DNA of 64,000 bases from Nitrospirota bacterium (GTDB lineage: Bacteria > Nitrospirota > UBA9217), in NCBI GenBank assembly GCA_963749655.1, contig CAVVOB010000028.1:32001-96000 (forward strand), given 5' to 3'. The notes below the pieces were generated by a model. The model was not told the DNA's origin. It worked only from the letters and a program-made list of their open reading frames with translations, and did not search any database. Each line of letters opens with the position of its first letter. Position 1 is the stretch's first letter. Shown in pieces: positions 40,800 to 53,546 of the stretch. The translations under genes and the position numbers were made by a program.

Positions 40800-40897
40800 A
40801 CCGCAAAGTCGCGAGGGACGCGAGGAAACCGGAATACTGCATTCATTATTCTGTAAGGAAATCTTTTCCTCCCTGGCGGCCTTTGCGCCTTCGCGGT
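40800..40897. repeat. 9-mer inverted-arm element after pfp
   Basis: ACCGCAAAGTCGCGAGGGACGCGAGG ... CCTGGCGGCCTTTGCGCCTTCGCGGT. Confidence 0.7.
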
Positions 40898-40938
40898 TCG
40901 ATCTTTACGATTCGTGCCTGGCCGGATCAGGATGAAAT

Positions 40939-40972
40939 AAAAAAAGCGGGGAGCTTCATGCTCCTCGCCTTT
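40939..40972. terminator. Bidirectional terminator between convergent genes
   Basis: A-tract-GCGGGGAGC-ttcat-GCTCCTCGC-CTTT. Confidence 0.7.
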
Positions 40973-41002
40973 GTTTTGACTCCGTTCCCGCGATGGCGGG
41001 CG

Positions 41003-41284
41003 TTACAGGGGAATGCGCTTCTCGCGTGCCGTGTTCCTGATGATGATCGCGGCATTGTGCAGGCGCTGCAGCTTCATATTTCTCGTGCGCACGGCCGCGA
41101 TGTCGGAGAGCTCGATCTTTGCATTGCGCGTCGCGGTAAGCGCCTTATTCAGATTGTCGAAAAGGTCCTTGATCATTTCCTTGTCGAACCTCTTCAGGAA
41201 CAGGGGGTTCACCGTGATGTAGCCTTCGGCGACGTCGAAGGCCACCGACTTCATGCTTTTTCCTTTAAAACCGCTCTCCGCCAT
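41003..41284 (-). CDS. Hypothetical protein (93 aa)
   Basis: AGGAG RBS overlapping the upstream stop; protein-like helical sequence (AFDVAEGYITVNPLFLK...RNMKLQRL). Confidence 0.75.
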   Translation of the reverse strand: MAESGFKGKSMKSVAFDVAEGYITVNPLFLKRFDKEMIKDLFDNLNKALTATRNAKIELSDIAAVRTRNMKLQRLHNAAIIIRNTAREKRIPL

Positions 41285-41292
41285 GACCGCTC

Positions 41293-41850
41293 CTATATAT
41301 TCCCGCAGGTTTTAATGATGGCCTTGTCCAGCTGGTCCTGTTTCTTGCGCAGGGCGGCAATGTGCTTCGCCAGTTCCTCCAGGCCTGCGCCGCGCGCCAT
41401 TGCTTCCTGAATAGCCTTGATGTCGCCGGAGAGGTCGTCCCGTGCCTCCCGGATCAGCACATGGCCGTCCCGGACCTGATCAGCGAGCGTCGTAATCGAA
41501 TTCGCCAGTTCCTTAAGCAGCGGATCGTCGGACTCGCGCAGCCGAAGGTTCAGATTCGTCTCTCCCTCGGCCAGCTGTTCGAGGGCGCGGCGAATGCGGA
41601 TCATGGGACCGACAAAGGCATGGGAATAGATCGTGCCGGCAATGCCGACGAAGAGGAGAAGGGTCGTGAGCGCGATAGGCAGAAAAACGAAAAGCGGCAG
41701 AAAAACACTGAGTTTTTGGAACACCAGCAGCAGCAGGGAAAAGAATACGAGGACGATGAGCAGGAACAGGATGAAGCGGAACTGCAGCCCGACCTCATTC
41801 AGATACCCTTTGCCCCTGCCTACGATGTGCCTCTTCCCCGTGGTTGGCAT
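41293..41850 (-). CDS. Two-TM membrane protein with HAMP-like and coiled-coil tail
   Basis: Two hydrophobic helices, then SHAFVGPMIRIRRALEQLAEG...LRLRESDD.LKELANSI; TTGACC-N17-TATAAT upstream. Confidence 0.8.
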   Translation of the reverse strand: MPTTGKRHIVGRGKGYLNEVGLQFRFILFLLIVLVFFSLLLLVFQKLSVFLPLFVFLPIALTTLLLFVGIAGTIYSHAFVGPMIRIRRALEQLAEGETNLNLRLRESDDPLLKELANSITTLADQVRDGHVLIREARDDLSGDIKAIQEAMARGAGLEELAKHIAALRKKQDQLDKAIIKTCGNI

Positions 41851-42014
41851 GTGGTTTTCCCCGATCGTGAAGCAGCGTCCGGTGCGGTGCGCATAACCTG
41901 CGGCCCGCGCCGGTGCGAATTATAAGGATTATACTGATAATTTTTCACACGGTCAAGGTCATAATTCCCCCTTTTGCCCTTGAAGAAGACCGGCCACTAT
42001 GGTACATTTTCTTC

Positions 42015-43004
42015 ATGGCGCTCATCGATCCCCACAAGCGCTGCATCGATTATCTGCGGATCTCCGTGACCGACCGGTGCAATCTCGCCTGCGTCTACTG
42101 CCGGCCCCGTGCGAACATGAAGGTCCTGAGCCACAGCGACATCCTGAGTTACGAGGAGATCCTGCGGCTTGTCTCCGTTGCCGCGCCGCTCGGGATTTCA
42201 CGGGTCCGCGTCACCGGCGGCGAGCCCCTGGTCCGGCGGGGGATCGCCGACTTTATCGCGGCGCTCCGCGGCCAGGAAGGGATCGTGGACGTCAGCCTCA
42301 CCACGAACGGCATTCTGCTTGCGCACATGGCCGAGGCCCTCGTCCGCGCTGGAAAGCCGCGGCTTAACATCAGCCTCGACTCCTTGAAGCCGGACCGGTT
42401 CCGCCGCATCACCGGCCACGACGGCTGGTCGTCGGTCTGGAAAGGGATCGCACGCGCGGAAGAGCTGGGCTTCTTCCCCATCAAGCTCAACATGGTTCCC
42501 GTCCGGGGTCTGAACGACGATGAGGTCGCCGATTTCGCCCGGTTGACCTTTGATCGAAGGCTGCATGTGCGGTTCATCGAGTACATGCCCATCGGCGCTC
42601 CGGGCGCCTGGAAGCGGAGCGAATCCGTGCCCTCGGCGGAGGTCCGGGCCGCTGTCGAACGGGCCTTCGGCCCGCTCGTCCCTTTTGAAGGCGGCAACTC
42701 CGGCGGCCCCTCCATGAATTTCCAGCTCCCGGGCGCACAGGGGATCATCGGGTTCATCAGCCCTCTTACCCGCCATTTCTGCGGGTCCTGCAGGCGCTTG
42801 AGGCTCACGGCGGACGGAAAGATCAGGCCGTGCCTCCTGTCGGACACGGAGATCGACATCAAATCCCCCCTGCGGTCGGGCTGCGACGACCGGGAGCTCA
42901 CACGCCTCCTGAACCTGTCCCTGGAGATCAAACCCGAACGTCATCACCTCAACGAGGGTGAGCCGGTCCAATTCTGCCGCACCATGTCGAAAATCGGAGG
43001 TTGA
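42015..43004 (+). CDS. moaA: GTP 3',8-cyclase MoaA
   Basis: YLRISVTDRCNLACVYC; TGGEPL; RFIEYMP; FCGSCRRLRLTADG..RPCL; C-terminal MSKIGG. Confidence 0.97.
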   Translation: MALIDPHKRCIDYLRISVTDRCNLACVYCRPRANMKVLSHSDILSYEEILRLVSVAAPLGISRVRVTGGEPLVRRGIADFIAALRGQEGIVDVSLTTNGILLAHMAEALVRAGKPRLNISLDSLKPDRFRRITGHDGWSSVWKGIARAEELGFFPIKLNMVPVRGLNDDEVADFARLTFDRRLHVRFIEYMPIGAPGAWKRSESVPSAEVRAAVERAFGPLVPFEGGNSGGPSMNFQLPGAQGIIGFISPLTRHFCGSCRRLRLTADGKIRPCLLSDTEIDIKSPLRSGCDDRELTRLLNLSLEIKPERHHLNEGEPVQFCRTMSKIGG

Positions 43005-43011
43005 GGATCCC

Positions 43012-43497
43012 ATGCCTGCAAACAAGATTACCCACTTCGACGAACAGGGCGCCGCGCGCATGGTCGACGTGACTGCCAAGCAGGAAACGGACCGCGAAGC
43101 CGTGGCCGAGGGACGGATCTACCTGCAGCCCGAAACGCTTTCGCTGATCCTAGACAAAAAAGTCCTGAAGGGCGATGTCTTTGCCGTGGCGCGCCTTGCC
43201 GGCATCATGGCTGCGAAGCGGACGCCCGACCTGATCCCGCTCTGCCATCCGCTCAACATTTCGTCGATAAACATCGACTTCGAGCCGGACCCGGAAAAGA
43301 AATGCGTGCTGATCCGCGCCACGGTCAGGATCTTCGCCAGGACCGGCGTGGAGATGGAGGCCATGACCGCGGTGGCAGTGGCGGGGCTTACGGTCTACGA
43401 CATGTGCAAGGCAACGGACCGCACCATGACCGTCGGCGACATCCGCTTGATGAGAAAATCGGGCGGCAAGTCCGGCTCCTTTGTGCGGGGATCGTAA
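43012..43497 (+). CDS. moaC: Cyclic pyranopterin monophosphate synthase MoaC
   Basis: ARMVDV; KGDVFAVARLAGIMAAK; LIPLCHPL; TGVEMEA; YDMCKA; KSGGKSG. Confidence 0.97.
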   Translation: MPANKITHFDEQGAARMVDVTAKQETDREAVAEGRIYLQPETLSLILDKKVLKGDVFAVARLAGIMAAKRTPDLIPLCHPLNISSINIDFEPDPEKKCVLIRATVRIFARTGVEMEAMTAVAVAGLTVYDMCKATDRTMTVGDIRLMRKSGGKSGSFVRGS

Positions 43498-43828
43498 CCG
43501 GCGCCGGGCTTTATCACTGCTATTTTCGTCCTTACCCCCCAGGCATCGGATCGCGCGCTTCTCGCCGATGTCTGTCCAGCCTTGCATGAACCTTCCCGGG
43601 CAAAACCGCGTACAAATGGCATGAGACTGTCTCCTACCCACCGCCTCACTGGCGAAACAACGGTGTGTCGTGGCGGCTGGACGGGAAAAGGCTGAATTTC
43701 GTTCAGGATGTAAAGGGATGAAAAACGATGCACTGCCCGCAGAATCCGGAATGAAGAGACTTCCCCTGCGAAACTGCGGTTTAACAGGACGTGCTGCGGC
43801 TTCGGCACTGAACCCTTGTGAGTAAAGG

Positions 43829-45361
<1,533 letters not shown>

Positions 45362-45519
45362 GAATACCACCTCGGGTTATTTCCGGAAAACCGCCGTGTG
45401 CGAACCGGAAAGCTCGCAAAAACCGCGGCTCGGTCTTCCTGCTTTGTCCCTCTCTGCGTTCCCGGCGTCTCACCGCGAAATAAAGTCGGCCTCCGGCAAG
45501 AAGCCCGGCTGCGACCGGA

Positions 45520-46050
45520 TCACTTTGCCGGCTTGTCCCGTGAACGATGCAATCGTTTCAGGAGCACCTCTCCTGTCTGGGTGTAGAAGAAGATCTTGCG
45601 CCCCTGAAATCCGCCGACATCGACGACGTGCATTTTCAGCCCCTCGCTCTTGAGGACCTGCTCCGCAATGTTGATGTTCTGCCTTCCAACGGAAACGATC
45701 CCCTGCCGCTCGATAGGCCTTGCGAACATGTCCGCGCCGCCGAAGCACTTTACCTCGATCTCGCTGCGCTTGACCTTCTGCTTGTCGAAGAGCTGGACCA
45801 TCCTCTTGATGGAGCAGTCCACGTACTTGTAGCCCTCCAGGCACTCGCCGTGACACTCCCTCTTGTTCTTCTCGGTCTTGCACTCCGGCAGCAAACCGTG
45901 GCAGATCCCGCCGATACCCCGCCTTTTGCTGAACATCGTGACGGACAGGCAGGAGCCGAGGACCGTCACCACGACGGCCGGCTCTTCGGAAAAGTAGAGC
46001 TCTCCCGGATTCAGATACACAAGAGGCAGATCGGTCAATGTCGGATTCAC
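45520..46050 (-). CDS. cheD: Chemoreceptor deamidase CheD
   Basis: TVLGSCLSV; GGICHGLLP; KCFGGADMF; VGRQN; DVGG..GRKI. Confidence 0.93.
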   Translation of the reverse strand: MNPTLTDLPLVYLNPGELYFSEEPAVVVTVLGSCLSVTMFSKRRGIGGICHGLLPECKTEKNKRECHGECLEGYKYVDCSIKRMVQLFDKQKVKRSEIEVKCFGGADMFARPIERQGIVSVGRQNINIAEQVLKSEGLKMHVVDVGGFQGRKIFFYTQTGEVLLKRLHRSRDKPAK

Positions 46051-46919
46051 AAAACCTTCCTGTAGATGGTGGATTCCAGGCGCGCCAGGGGAAGATCGAA
46101 TCCGTGCACTGTTTCCGAATGGCCCAGAAACAGGTAGCCGTCCTTCCTGATGTACCTGCAGAGGCGCCGCAGCAGTGCGCCCTGCGTTTCCCGGTCAAAA
46201 TAGATGATGACGTTCCTGCAAAATATCGCGTCCAGGGACCCCTCGCGGATGCCGTACTGCTCTTCCATCAGGTTGAGCCGCTGAAACGCTATGAGCGACC
46301 GCAGCGAAGGTACGATGCGCACCTGCCCCGATGCCCGGTTCTTGCTGCGCAGGAAATATTTCTGCTTCAGCGCCAGGGGGATCATGGAAATCTGGTGCTC
46401 GTCGTAGATCCCCGCCCTGGCCTTGTCAAGGACCCGCGTGGAAATGTCCGTGGCCGTGATGGAAAAAGCGAATCCCGGGTTCACGCGCTCAAACTCGCTC
46501 AGCACGATGGCGAGCGTATAGGGCTCTTCGCCCGACGAACAGGCCGAGCTCCAGACCGCGAAGGGCCGCCTGGCCCCGGGGCGGCCGGCCTCGAAAAACT
46601 CCGGGAGAATGGCTTCCGAAAGAACGGTAAAGTGCACCGGCTCGCGGAAGAAATCGGTCTTGTTCGTCGTCACCGAGTCGATCATGTGCACCAGCTCGCG
46701 ATCGCCGTCGGGCGAGTTGAACAGCAGGTCGCAGTACTGCCGGAAGGTGTCCACCTTCAGCGTCCGCAGCCGTTTCTGGAGCCTCGCTTCGAGCATGGTC
46801 TTCTTGACCGGCGGCATCTTGATGCCGCAGTGCGAGTAAATGAAACGGCTCAGGCGCTCGAAATCCGCGGCCGTCATTTTTTTTATTCCAGACTCCTGGT
46901 TAGTACGGGAATCGGCCAT
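46047..46919 (-). CDS. cheR: Chemotaxis methyltransferase CheR
   Basis: TTNKTDFFREP; WSSACSSGEEPY; ATDIS; IFCRNVIIYFD; FLGHSE. Confidence 0.96.
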   Translation of the reverse strand: MADSRTNQESGIKKMTAADFERLSRFIYSHCGIKMPPVKKTMLEARLQKRLRTLKVDTFRQYCDLLFNSPDGDRELVHMIDSVTTNKTDFFREPVHFTVLSEAILPEFFEAGRPGARRPFAVWSSACSSGEEPYTLAIVLSEFERVNPGFAFSITATDISTRVLDKARAGIYDEHQISMIPLALKQKYFLRSKNRASGQVRIVPSLRSLIAFQRLNLMEEQYGIREGSLDAIFCRNVIIYFDRETQGALLRRLCRYIRKDGYLFLGHSETVHGFDLPLARLESTIYRKVL

Positions 46920-47166
46920 ACCGTGTGCGTGTCTCCCTGGTGAATCGGTCTTCGGTCGTTGCGCCGGCGTTGGGGGCGGAGCAGACCGCGGCAGGCGGGC
47001 TTATGCGGCGCCCGGTCTCCTGCGGACGGTCCTGGTCATAGAGGGGACAAAGCTTGTAGCGGCTGCTCTTGCAGTATTCGTCGAACTCGAACCCGCTCGG
47101 GACGTACACTTCCCGGCGGGCGGTGCAGGAAAGCATGTAATTCCCCGTCAGATGTCTGCAGCTCAT
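46900..47166 (-). CDS. Small Cys-rich hypothetical protein (88 aa)
   Basis: GAGGAG RBS, then MSCRHLTGNYMLSCTARREVYVPSGFEFDEYCKSSRYKLCPLY; overlaps the cheR start. Confidence 0.7.
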   Translation of the reverse strand: MSCRHLTGNYMLSCTARREVYVPSGFEFDEYCKSSRYKLCPLYDQDRPQETGRRISPPAAVCSAPNAGATTEDRFTRETRTRYGRFPY

Positions 47167-47258
47167 GGTGTTCTCCTCTCGATGACGGCTGAAAGCGGCA
47201 TATGCTGCGACGGCCGCTGCTGCGCTGTTGCCGTGACGGCCGGCAACCTGAGCTTCCA

Positions 47259-48800
47259 TCAGGAGAGAACTTGCTGAGACCGTGTGGTCCCCAGTCTGTT
47301 CTCCCCTCCTACCTTGAAGAACGCAATACTGCTCTGGAGCTGTTCCGCCTGGGACGCGAGATCTTCCGATGTGGACGACATTTCCTCGGCGCCGCCTGCG
47401 TTCTGCTGGATCATGGTGTTCAGCTGCTGGATCGCCGAGTTGATCTGGACCGCTCCCGTGGTCTGCTCCTTCGACGCTGCGCTGATCTCCTGGACGAGTT
47501 CCGCCGTCTTCTGAATATCGGGCACAAGCTTCGTCAACATGGCCCCGGCCTGCTCGGCGGTCATCACGCTCGTCATCGACAGCGTGTTGATCTCCGCCGC
47601 TGCAGCCTGGCTCCGCTCGGCGAGCTTGCGGACTTCCGAAGCCACCACCGCGAAGCCCTTGCCGTGCTCGCCTGCCCGCGCCGCTTCGATTGCCGCGTTC
47701 AGGGCCAGCAGGTTCGTCTGGCGCGCGATCTCCTCGATGACGGAGATCTTCGATGCGATCTCCTTCATGGCAACGACGGTCTTGAACACTTCCTCGCCGC
47801 TCACCAGGGCGTCGTCCGCCGATTTTTGCGCGATCTTCTCGGTCTGCAGCGCGTTGTCCGCGTTCTGCCTGATCGTGGCGTGCATTTCCTCGACCGATGA
47901 CGATGCTTCCTCGGCAGCCGCAGCTTGCTCCGACGTATTCTGGGAGAGCTGCCCCGCTCCGGAGGAAAGCTGGTTGCTGCTGTACGCCACGCGGTCCGAA
48001 GCGTCGCGCGCCGCTGCGACCACCCCGCGGAGCCTGGTCACCATGGAGTTGAGCGCCTCGGCAAGCTCGCCGACCTCGTCCTTCTGATCAACGGCCAGGT
48101 GGGCCTGCAGATCTCCGCCGGCCACGGACCGGCTGAAGTCCACGCCCCGGCGGAGCGGGCCGACAATCGACCGGGGAATGACGATGCTGAAGAACACTCC
48201 CAGCGCAAGGGCGCCGAGGCTTGCCGCGGCAACTATCGCCCGCGTCCGCATGGCATGGTTCAGCATTAGTTCTTCCGAGAGGATCTTTTTCCGTGACAGC
48301 TCCGTGGCTTCCTTGAGACGGCCCTGGACTTTTTCCAGGCTGGCGAGTGTGACCGAACCGTAGAGCGCCCGCGCTTCGCTGTCGAGGTTCCGCTCGCGCA
48401 GGGACATGAGCTCCGCGGCCGACTCATGCAGCCTGCGGTGCGGCTCCTCGATCGCCGCGAGGATTTCCTGCAGCCCGGGAAGGAGGGCCTCCGCTTTTTT
48501 CCTGCCCTCACCGTAATACCATTTGCCGAAACCGCACTGTCGATGGTCGAGCTGGACGTTCAGCTCTTTAATGCGGTCGTCGAACACGAACCTGCTCACA
48601 GCCTGCGCCCAGTTCAGGTGGTCGACCTCCCGCTGCAGGAGCTCTCCCCGCAGCTGGTTGCCGCCGGCCACTTCCATGCCTTCGCGGACGATCCCCGTGA
48701 TGCCCATGAGCGTCCAGACCGTTGTTGCCACGAACAACAGGAGAACGCCTCCAATGCCGATCAGTACCTTCCGTCCGACCCGTACGTTCTTCCAGCCCAT
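47259..48800 (-). CDS. Methyl-accepting chemotaxis protein with a CZB domain between two TMs
   Basis: TM1; DHLNW...CGFGKWYY...HRRLH (CZB); TM2; HAMP ([12 protein letters not shown]); [27 protein letters not shown]. Confidence 0.92.
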   Translation of the reverse strand: MGWKNVRVGRKVLIGIGGVLLLFVATTVWTLMGITGIVREGMEVAGGNQLRGELLQREVDHLNWAQAVSRFVFDDRIKELNVQLDHRQCGFGKWYYGEGRKKAEALLPGLQEILAAIEEPHRRLHESAAELMSLRERNLDSEARALYGSVTLASLEKVQGRLKEATELSRKKILSEELMLNHAMRTRAIVAAASLGALALGVFFSIVIPRSIVGPLRRGVDFSRSVAGGDLQAHLAVDQKDEVGELAEALNSMVTRLRGVVAAARDASDRVAYSSNQLSSGAGQLSQNTSEQAAAAEEASSSVEEMHATIRQNADNALQTEKIAQKSADDALVSGEEVFKTVVAMKEIASKISVIEEIARQTNLLALNAAIEAARAGEHGKGFAVVASEVRKLAERSQAAAAEINTLSMTSVMTAEQAGAMLTKLVPDIQKTAELVQEISAASKEQTTGAVQINSAIQQLNTMIQQNAGGAEEMSSTSEDLASQAEQLQSSIAFFKVGGENRLGTTRSQQVLS

Positions 48801-48873
48801 GCTCCCCCCCCCCGGATATCTAGCTGAAATCCCCCGTGATGTTTATCCCGTCAGATTGTGAAAAGCCTCCTTC

Positions 48874-48919
48874 GATTCGAAACCGGGAGAAAGCGGGCCG
48901 ACGCCCGCGCTCTCCCGGT
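48874..48919 (-). terminator. Strong hairpin after cheW
   Basis: ACCGGGAGA-aa-GCGGGC-cgac-GCCCGC-gc-TCTCCCGGT. Confidence 0.55.
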
Positions 48920-48942
48920 CATTATCCATGTCTCTTCTTCGC

Positions 48943-49429
48943 TTATTGAATCTTTTCCGCTTCAGCCTGCGTCGCCTGCACCAGCGCAAGCTCGTTCGTC
49001 GAGAACACCTTGTCGATGTCGAGGATGATGATGAAGTTGCTGTCCCGCTTGCCCATGCCCTTGATGAACTCCGTGTTCAAGCCGCGTCCCGATCTTCGGC
49101 GCCGGCTCGATATGGTCCGGCTCCAGGTCCATCACCTCCTGCACCGAATCGGCAAGCGCGCCGAGGATCGTGGTCTCGTCGTCCACCGCCACCTCGACGA
49201 TGATGATGCAGGTGTTCACCGTCTTCTCGGTCCTCGTCATGCCGAACTTCAGCCGCAGGTCCACCACCGGCACCACGCTGCCCCGCAGGTTGATCACGCC
49301 GCGCATGAACTCCGGCGTGCGCGGCACCTTGGTGACCGTGGTGAAGTCGAGCACTTCGCGCACCTTCGTGATATCGAGGGCGAACACCTCGTCGTCGAGC
49401 TTAAAGGTCAGATACTGCGTCGTTTCCAT
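48943..49429 (-). CDS. cheW: CheW (frameshift ~49085)
   Basis: QYLTFKL; VREVL; GVINLRGSVVPVVDLR; after the shift EFIKGMGKRDSNFIIILDIDKVFS...EKIQ*. Confidence 0.92.
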
Positions 49430-49468
49430 TATGCCTGCTAACGCTCATAGGAGCCTCCTTTGAACTGC

Positions 49469-49556
49469 AGGGTCAAGGGTCATGGGTCCAGGGTCAGGGA
49501 AAACCATTTTGTTTCTTGATGTTCCTTGACCCATGCCCCTTGACCCCTGACCCTGT
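49469..49556. repeat. Heptamer inverted-arm element (GGGTCAA / TTGACCC family)
   Basis: AGGGTCAAGGGTCATGGGTCCAGGGTCAGGG ... CCTTGACCCATGCCCCTTGACCCCTGACCCTG, right after the MCP stop. Confidence 0.82.
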
Positions 49557-49559
49557 CTT

Positions 49560-51273
49560 TTAGAATTTCTCAAACTCCGTGTCCCTCGAATCGTTGCCGC
49601 CTTTTGTTGTTTCGTGCCCGAGGTCAAGCGCGACGCCTGCGTGCTTCATTGCCGCTGCTGTCGGAGCCGCCTTGGCCGGTTTGTGGGCCAGGTGCGCTAC
49701 CTGCACTTTGTGCGCCGGCAAAGCGCGGCGTGCCATGGAAGCGCGCTGGCCGTGGCCGTCATCAGCGACCTTGAAGAACGCGATGGTGCTCTGGAGCTGC
49801 TCGGCCTGGGACGACAGCTCTTCCGCCGTCGAGGACATCTCCTCCGCCGCGCCCGCGTTCTGCTGGATCACCTGGTTCAGCTGCTGGATCGCGCTGTTGA
49901 TCTGGTCCGCGCCCGTGGTCTGCTCCTTGGACGCGGCGCTGATCTCCTGCACCAGCTCCGCGGTCTTCTGGATGTCCGGCACCAGCTTGGCCAGCATGGC
50001 CCCGGCCTTCTCCGCCACCTCCACGCTCGTGGTGGACAGCTGGCTGATCTCGCCTGCCGCCGCCTGGCTCCGCTCGGCAAGCTTTCTCACTTCCGACGCC
50101 ACCACCGCGAAGCCCTTGCCGTGCTCGCCGGCGCGGGCCGCCTCGATCGCCGCGTTCAGGGCCAGCAGGTTGGTCTGGCGCGCGATCTCCTCGATGATCG
50201 AGATCTTGGCCGCGATCTCCTTCATGGCGCCCACGGTCTCGGTCACCGCCTTGCCGCTCTCCTGCGCGTCGGCGGCGGACTTGAGCGCGATCTTCTCGGT
50301 CTGCGACGCGTTGTCCGCGTTCTGCTTGATCGTGGCGTTCATCTCTTCCACCGACGACGAGGCCTCTTCGGCCGAGGCCGCCTGCTCGGTCGTGCCCTGG
50401 GACATCTGCTCGGCGCCCGGCGGAGAGCTGCTGGCTGCCCGAGGCCACGTTGTCCGACGCGCCCTTCACGTCGGCCACCACCATCTTGAGCTTCTCCACC
50501 ATGTTCTTCATGGCGGTCAGCAGCATGCCGGTCTCGTCCTTGGACTCTGCTCTCGATGCTCATCATCAGGTCGCCGTCGGCAAGCCTGTTCGATACCTTC
50601 ACCGCTTCATCCAGCGGCTTGGTGATGCCGCGGCTGATGATGACCGTGATGCCGATGCTCAGAATGACTGCGGCCAGGGCAAGGGCGAGCATGATCATGT
50701 TCGTGTGGCTGGTCAAGTCCTTTGCGACCTGCTCCTGGGACTCCATGCGCTTGTTGGCTTCATCCGCTAGTTCTTTGGCGGTGAGCTCCATCTTGTGCGT
50801 CTCGTCCTTGAAGGGCATTATTGCTGCATTCGCGGCCTGGGGCGTCTTGATAGCGCCTGAATCGATCATGCGCCACGACTTTGTTCATGCCCGATTCGTA
50901 AAGCGGTAGATTCGTTTTCATGATCTGGATGGCTTCAAGGTCTGTCTTGAGGGTGGCGACCTTCTCGATGTCCGCGACTCTCGCCGTAAGGGCTTCCACC
51001 TGTTCTTTCCACTTTTTTGTATACTCTTCTTCTTTTGCCTTGTCGCCGATATTCAGGAACAGGTCCTTTTCATACCGCCGGACGCCCAGGGTGTTGGCGC
51101 GGGCGCGGGCGGAATATTCCGCGACGATGGCAATCGCCCTGCAGCATTTTGATCGTGTTGTTCGAAATCGAATTAACGCCCCAATACCCGGTAAGTCCGA
51201 TCCCGATCAGCATGATCAGGACAAATCCGAAACCCAAAGCCAACCGCATACCGATCTTCATGTTCTTAAACAT
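49560..51273 (-). CDS. Methyl-accepting chemotaxis protein (4HB sensor, HAMP, signalling domain, C-terminal pentapeptide-like EFEKF); several frameshifts
   Basis: [18 protein letters not shown]; TM2 and HAMP; [17 protein letters not shown]; ends DTEFEKF; pieces lie in several ORFs. Confidence 0.9.
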
Positions 51274-51363
51274 CGCTTGCCTCCTTCGTGTGTGGTTATC
51301 TCCGTTGTTTTTGCGTTTCCGCCAATTATCACAATGACTTCAACAATGCCGTATCAGGGGGTT

Positions 51364-53546
51364 TCAGGATAGGTCACCTCCCCTGGTCAGCTGCGCTTCC
51401 TGCTGCTCGACCATGCGCACGAGTTTGGGAATATCGAGGATCAGGGCGACGGTGCCGTCGCCCAGGATCGTGGCGCCGGAGATGCCTTCCACGTCCTGGT
51501 AGAACCTGCCGAGGGACTTGATCACGGTCTGGTGATCGCCGATGACCGTGTCCACCACAAGCCGACCCTGCCGTCCGTCCACGCCCGCGATCACGATCTG
51601 TTCGATCGGCGGCGCGTCGCCGTTGATCGCTGAAATGCTCGCGCAGCCGGATGTAGGGCACGATCTTGCCCCGCACGTGGGCCAGGTGCCTGCCGTGCGT
51701 GTTCGGCCGCGTCTGTCGTGCCCAGCTCCACGCACTCCTCGACCAGGGAGAGGGGGAAGATGAAATGCTCGGCCCCGATCCTGGTCAGGAACCCGTCGAT
51801 GATCGCGAGGGTGAGCGGCAGCTTGAGGGTGATCGTCGTGCCCGCGCCCTTCGTGCTCGTCGATCTCGATCGATGCCGCGCAGGGCGTCGATGGCCCGCT
51901 TGACCACGTCCATGCCCACTCCGCGGCCGGACACGCTGGTGACTTTTTTTGCCGTGGAGAAGCCCGGGCGCGAGAATGAGCTCGAACAGATCCTGCTCGT
52001 GTCAGCTCCGCATCGGGCTGGATCAGCCCCTTCTCGACCGCCTTTGCCCGGATGGCCTCCGCGTCGAGGCCCGCGCCGTCGTCCTCGATCCGGATCAGGA
52101 CATGGGCGCCCGAATGCACGGCCGACAGATGGATGGTGCCCCTGCTTCGGCTTGCCCGCGGCCACGCGCTCGCGCCGGCGTGCTCGATGCCGTGGTCGAT
52201 GCTGTTCCGGATGAGGTGCACGAGCGGATCGCCCAGGCGCTCGATGACGGTCTTGTCCAGCTCGGTTTCCGCGCCGTCGGTGGTCAGCTCGATCTCCTTG
52301 CCCAGCTCCGCGGACAGGTCGCGCACGAGGCGCTTGAACTTGCTGAAGGTCGTGCCGATCGGGAGCATGCGGATGTTCATGGCGTTGTCGCGGAGCGAAG
52401 CGGTCAGCCGCTCCACCTCCTCGGCGATGGACTGAAGCTCCGAATTGCCCGATGGTGAGCGCCGTCTGGCTCAGCCGCGCCTGCACCGTCACCAGCTCGC
52501 CGACCAGGTTGACCAGGCTGTCGAGCTTCTCCGTGGCGACCCGGATGCTCGATGCGGCATCATGGCCCTGGCGCTGCTCCCGGAGCTCCCGCACGTGCTG
52601 CTGTTCCGCAAGCGCCGACTCCACCTGGGCCGGGGGAACGATGCCCGTGTCGATGAGCATCTCGCCGACCTTCTTTTTCGTATTCAGCACTTTTTGCAGA
52701 TCCTCCGTCGTCAGGTCGCCCCGCTCGAGCAGTATCTCGCCGAGCTTCTTGTACGCCACTTCCTCGTCGATCTGGCCTTCCTCATCGATCACGCTGACAA
52801 CCAGTTCACTGGCGTCCCTGACGAAAATGAATACATCTTCGATGGCGTTCCTGCCGCTGGTCCGTGGTCAGGATCACGTCCCAGTAGGTATAGCACGCCT
52901 GGGGATCGACCTCCTCGAGATAGGGTATCGCCTCGGTCTGGGCCACGACCCTGCAGGGGCCGAGCTCGCGGAGTTCATCGATCAGACCCACCGGATTCGT
53001 CCCCTGGATGAAGATGTCGGGGTTCGGACGGAACCGGATGCGGTAGGTCACTGCCCGCGCTCTGCGCTCTTCCCGCGCGACGGCCTTCGGAGCCGCCGCG
53101 GCCGTTTTCTCCGGCGCCGGGCCCTCGGGCACAATGGCCTTCAGCGAGGCGAGGATTTCTCCGGAACGGCGCATAATCCACGCTGCCCCCGAAGTAATAG
53201 TTGTCGAACATCGCCTTGATCTGGTCCCGGGCGGTAAGGGTAGGCCGATGAGCTCCTGGGTCACCGCGGCCCTGCCGTTCCTGATCTTGTCGAAGATCGT
53301 TTCCAGCTCATGGGTGAACTTCACGACCTCGTGGAACTCGCAGGCGCCGCCCGAACCCTTGATGGTATGCATGGCCCGGAAGGCACGGCTGATCTGCTCC
53401 CTGTCGTCCGGCGTTTTCTCGAGCTCGAGCAAGGCGCTCTCGAGCTCCGCCAGAAGCTCATAGGCCTCTTCCCGGAAAGTCGCGCGGAGCTCCCTGACGA
53501 TCTGGTCCGCGGAATATTCCTCTTGCGGATTCAGCTGATCATCCAT
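51364..53546 (-). CDS. cheA: Chemotaxis histidine kinase CheA, many frameshifts
   Basis: Hpt FRAMHTIKGSGG; SIRVATEKLDSLVNLVGELV; DPLVHLIRNSIDHGIE; PGFSTAKKVTSVSGRGVGMDVV; CheW-like SGATILGDG. Confidence 0.93.

Noticed and set aside
43500-43828. Possible Moco or ZTP riboswitch, or sRNA, downstream of moaC
   Set aside because: Only short partial motifs (CACTGGCGAAA); the position between convergent genes does not suit a riboswitch.
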